Shown here: positions 62,866-64,000 of the stretch, piece by piece | Layout of the letters: every line of letters starts with the position of its first letter | Numbering within the stretch: position 1 is the first letter of the stretch | DNA from: Candidatus Krumholzibacteriota bacterium | GTDB taxonomy: Bacteria > Krumholzibacteriota > Krumholzibacteriia > JAJRXK01 | DNA length: 64,000 nt | NCBI GenBank assembly: GCA_963764625.1 | Contig: CAVXTH010000005.1 | Location: 320,001-384,000 of the forward strand | Reading direction: 5' to 3' | The notes under the pieces: generated by a model | What the model saw: only the letters and a program-made list of their open reading frames with translations | Told to the model about the DNA's origin: nothing | Database searches by the model: none | Position numbers and translations under genes: made by a program

Positions 62866-63993
62866 TCAGGCGTACGCGCGGATGCGATAGGAATTGTCGC
62901 GGATGGCCGGCGTGAAGCCGGCGTCCAGGATCATGCCGTTCAGCTCTTCCTTGCCCAAGCGGAAGCTCACCCCGGCCTCGCTCACCACGTTCTCCTCCAT
63001 CATGGTCGAGCCCAGATCGTTGGCCCCGAAGAAGAGAGTGAGCTGGCCGATCTTCTTGCCTTGGGTGACCCAGGAAGCCTGAAAGTTGTCGATGGTGTTG
63101 AGCGCCAGGCGGGAAATCGCCAGGGTGCGCAGATAATCCTGGCTCCCCTTGAACGCGCTGACCGGCAGCTTCGCCAGCTGCTCGGGCTGCTTCTCGGTCA
63201 TCGGGGTGAAACCGGGTTGATAGCTCCAGCAGATGAACGCGGTGTAGCCACCGGTGCGGCTCTGGCTCTCGCGGATGCGTAACAGGTGCTCGACCCTCTC
63301 GGGCAGGGTCTCCACGTGCCCGAACATCATGGTGGCCGAGGTACGCATTCCCAGAGAGTGGGCTTCCTCCATGATGGCGGTCCAGCGGGAGGCGCTGACT
63401 TTGGTCGGAGCCAGGATCGCCCTCACGCGATCGTTCAAAATTTCCGCGCCGCCTCCGGGAATGCTGTCCAGCCCCGCCTCCTGCAGCTCGGCGATCACCT
63501 GCCGGGTGGGCATCTTGAAGAGCTTGCCGAAATGTTCGATCTCGCTGGGACTGAATCCGTGGATGTGGATCTCGGGGAAGTGGGACTTCAGATCGGCGAG
63601 CGTCTCCTGGTACCAGGAAAACGGCAGGTTGGGATTGTGCCCTCCCTGCAAGAGGATCTGTGAGCCGCCGATGGCCCGCAGCTCTTCGATCTTGCGATGC
63701 AATTTCTCTCTGGAGAGCACGTACGCTTCGTCGTCGTGCTTGTGGCGGTAGAAGGCGCAGAAGGTGCAGTCGACGTAGCAGACGTTGGAGTAGTTGATGT
63801 TACGGTCGATCACGTAGGTCACGTGCTCAGGGTCGCAGCGGCGCAGACGCAAGGTATGCGCGGCGCGCCCCAGCGCGTGCAACTCCGCGTCTTCGAAGAG
63901 GCAGAGGATTTCCCCTCCGGTGAGCGTTGCCCCGTCGACCGCGCTCGAGAGGATGGCATCCACGCGGGAATCGCTGCTGTAGGTCGTCGCCAT
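62866..63993 (-). CDS. mqnC: Cyclic dehypoxanthinyl futalosine synthase
   Basis: TYVIDRNINYSNVCYVDCTFCAF, LLQGG, PGGGAEIL, QASWVTQG, GANDLGSTMMEENVV. Confidence 0.95.
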   Translation of the reverse strand: MATTYSSDSRVDAILSSAVDGATLTGGEILCLFEDAELHALGRAAHTLRLRRCDPEHVTYVIDRNINYSNVCYVDCTFCAFYRHKHDDEAYVLSREKLHRKIEELRAIGGSQILLQGGHNPNLPFSWYQETLADLKSHFPEIHIHGFSPSEIEHFGKLFKMPTRQVIAELQEAGLDSIPGGGAEILNDRVRAILAPTKVSASRWTAIMEEAHSLGMRTSATMMFGHVETLPERVEHLLRIRESQSRTGGYTAFICWSYQPGFTPMTEKQPEQLAKLPVSAFKGSQDYLRTLAISRLALNTIDNFQASWVTQGKKIGQLTLFFGANDLGSTMMEENVVSEAGVSFRLGKEELNGMILDAGFTPAIRDNSYRIRAYA

Positions 63994-64000
63994 GATCGAT

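Noticed and set aside
1-64000. CRISPR arrays, tRNA/rRNA, integrases, transposases, prophage or defence genes
   Set aside because: No repeat-spacer periodicity, cloverleaf motifs or matching proteins were seen on manual reading.

Overview
GC-rich bacterial chromosomal window with about 45 genes. I found no rRNA, tRNA, CRISPR array or transposase. Two proteins end in a FlgD-Ig/T9SS-like C-terminal domain (NYPNPFNP motif). Together with futalosine menaquinone synthesis (mqnC), a three-subunit sdhCAB and bacterial topoisomerase VI, this suggests an FCB-group candidate phylum such as Krumholzibacteriota, Eisenbacteria or Latescibacterota (inference). About 13 genes in 1-40 kb, including moaA, carry small frameshifts that are most likely long-read indels; the ORF track shows none in 41-64 kb. 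Housekeeping content: sdhCAB, moaA, moeB, ppx-DUF47-PiT, three S9 peptidases, a PLP decarboxylase, alpha-2-macroglobulin, rlmD, top6B-elbB-top6A, a TPPII-like S8 protease and mqnC. Best leads: (1) an unannotated small secreted protein at 7023-7418 whose last in-frame stop abuts the start of a TPR-sigma54 activator, a candidate peptide-signalling pair; (2) a 176-nt rod-like fold-back at 31265-31440 with perfect 26-bp and 19-bp arms; (3) a multi-stem minus-strand RNA candidate at about 62324-62550; (4) an HTH-TM-propeller one-component regulator; (5) a secreted alpha/beta hydrolase that appears catalytically dead. Family assignments come from motif recognition by eye; no database searches were run.
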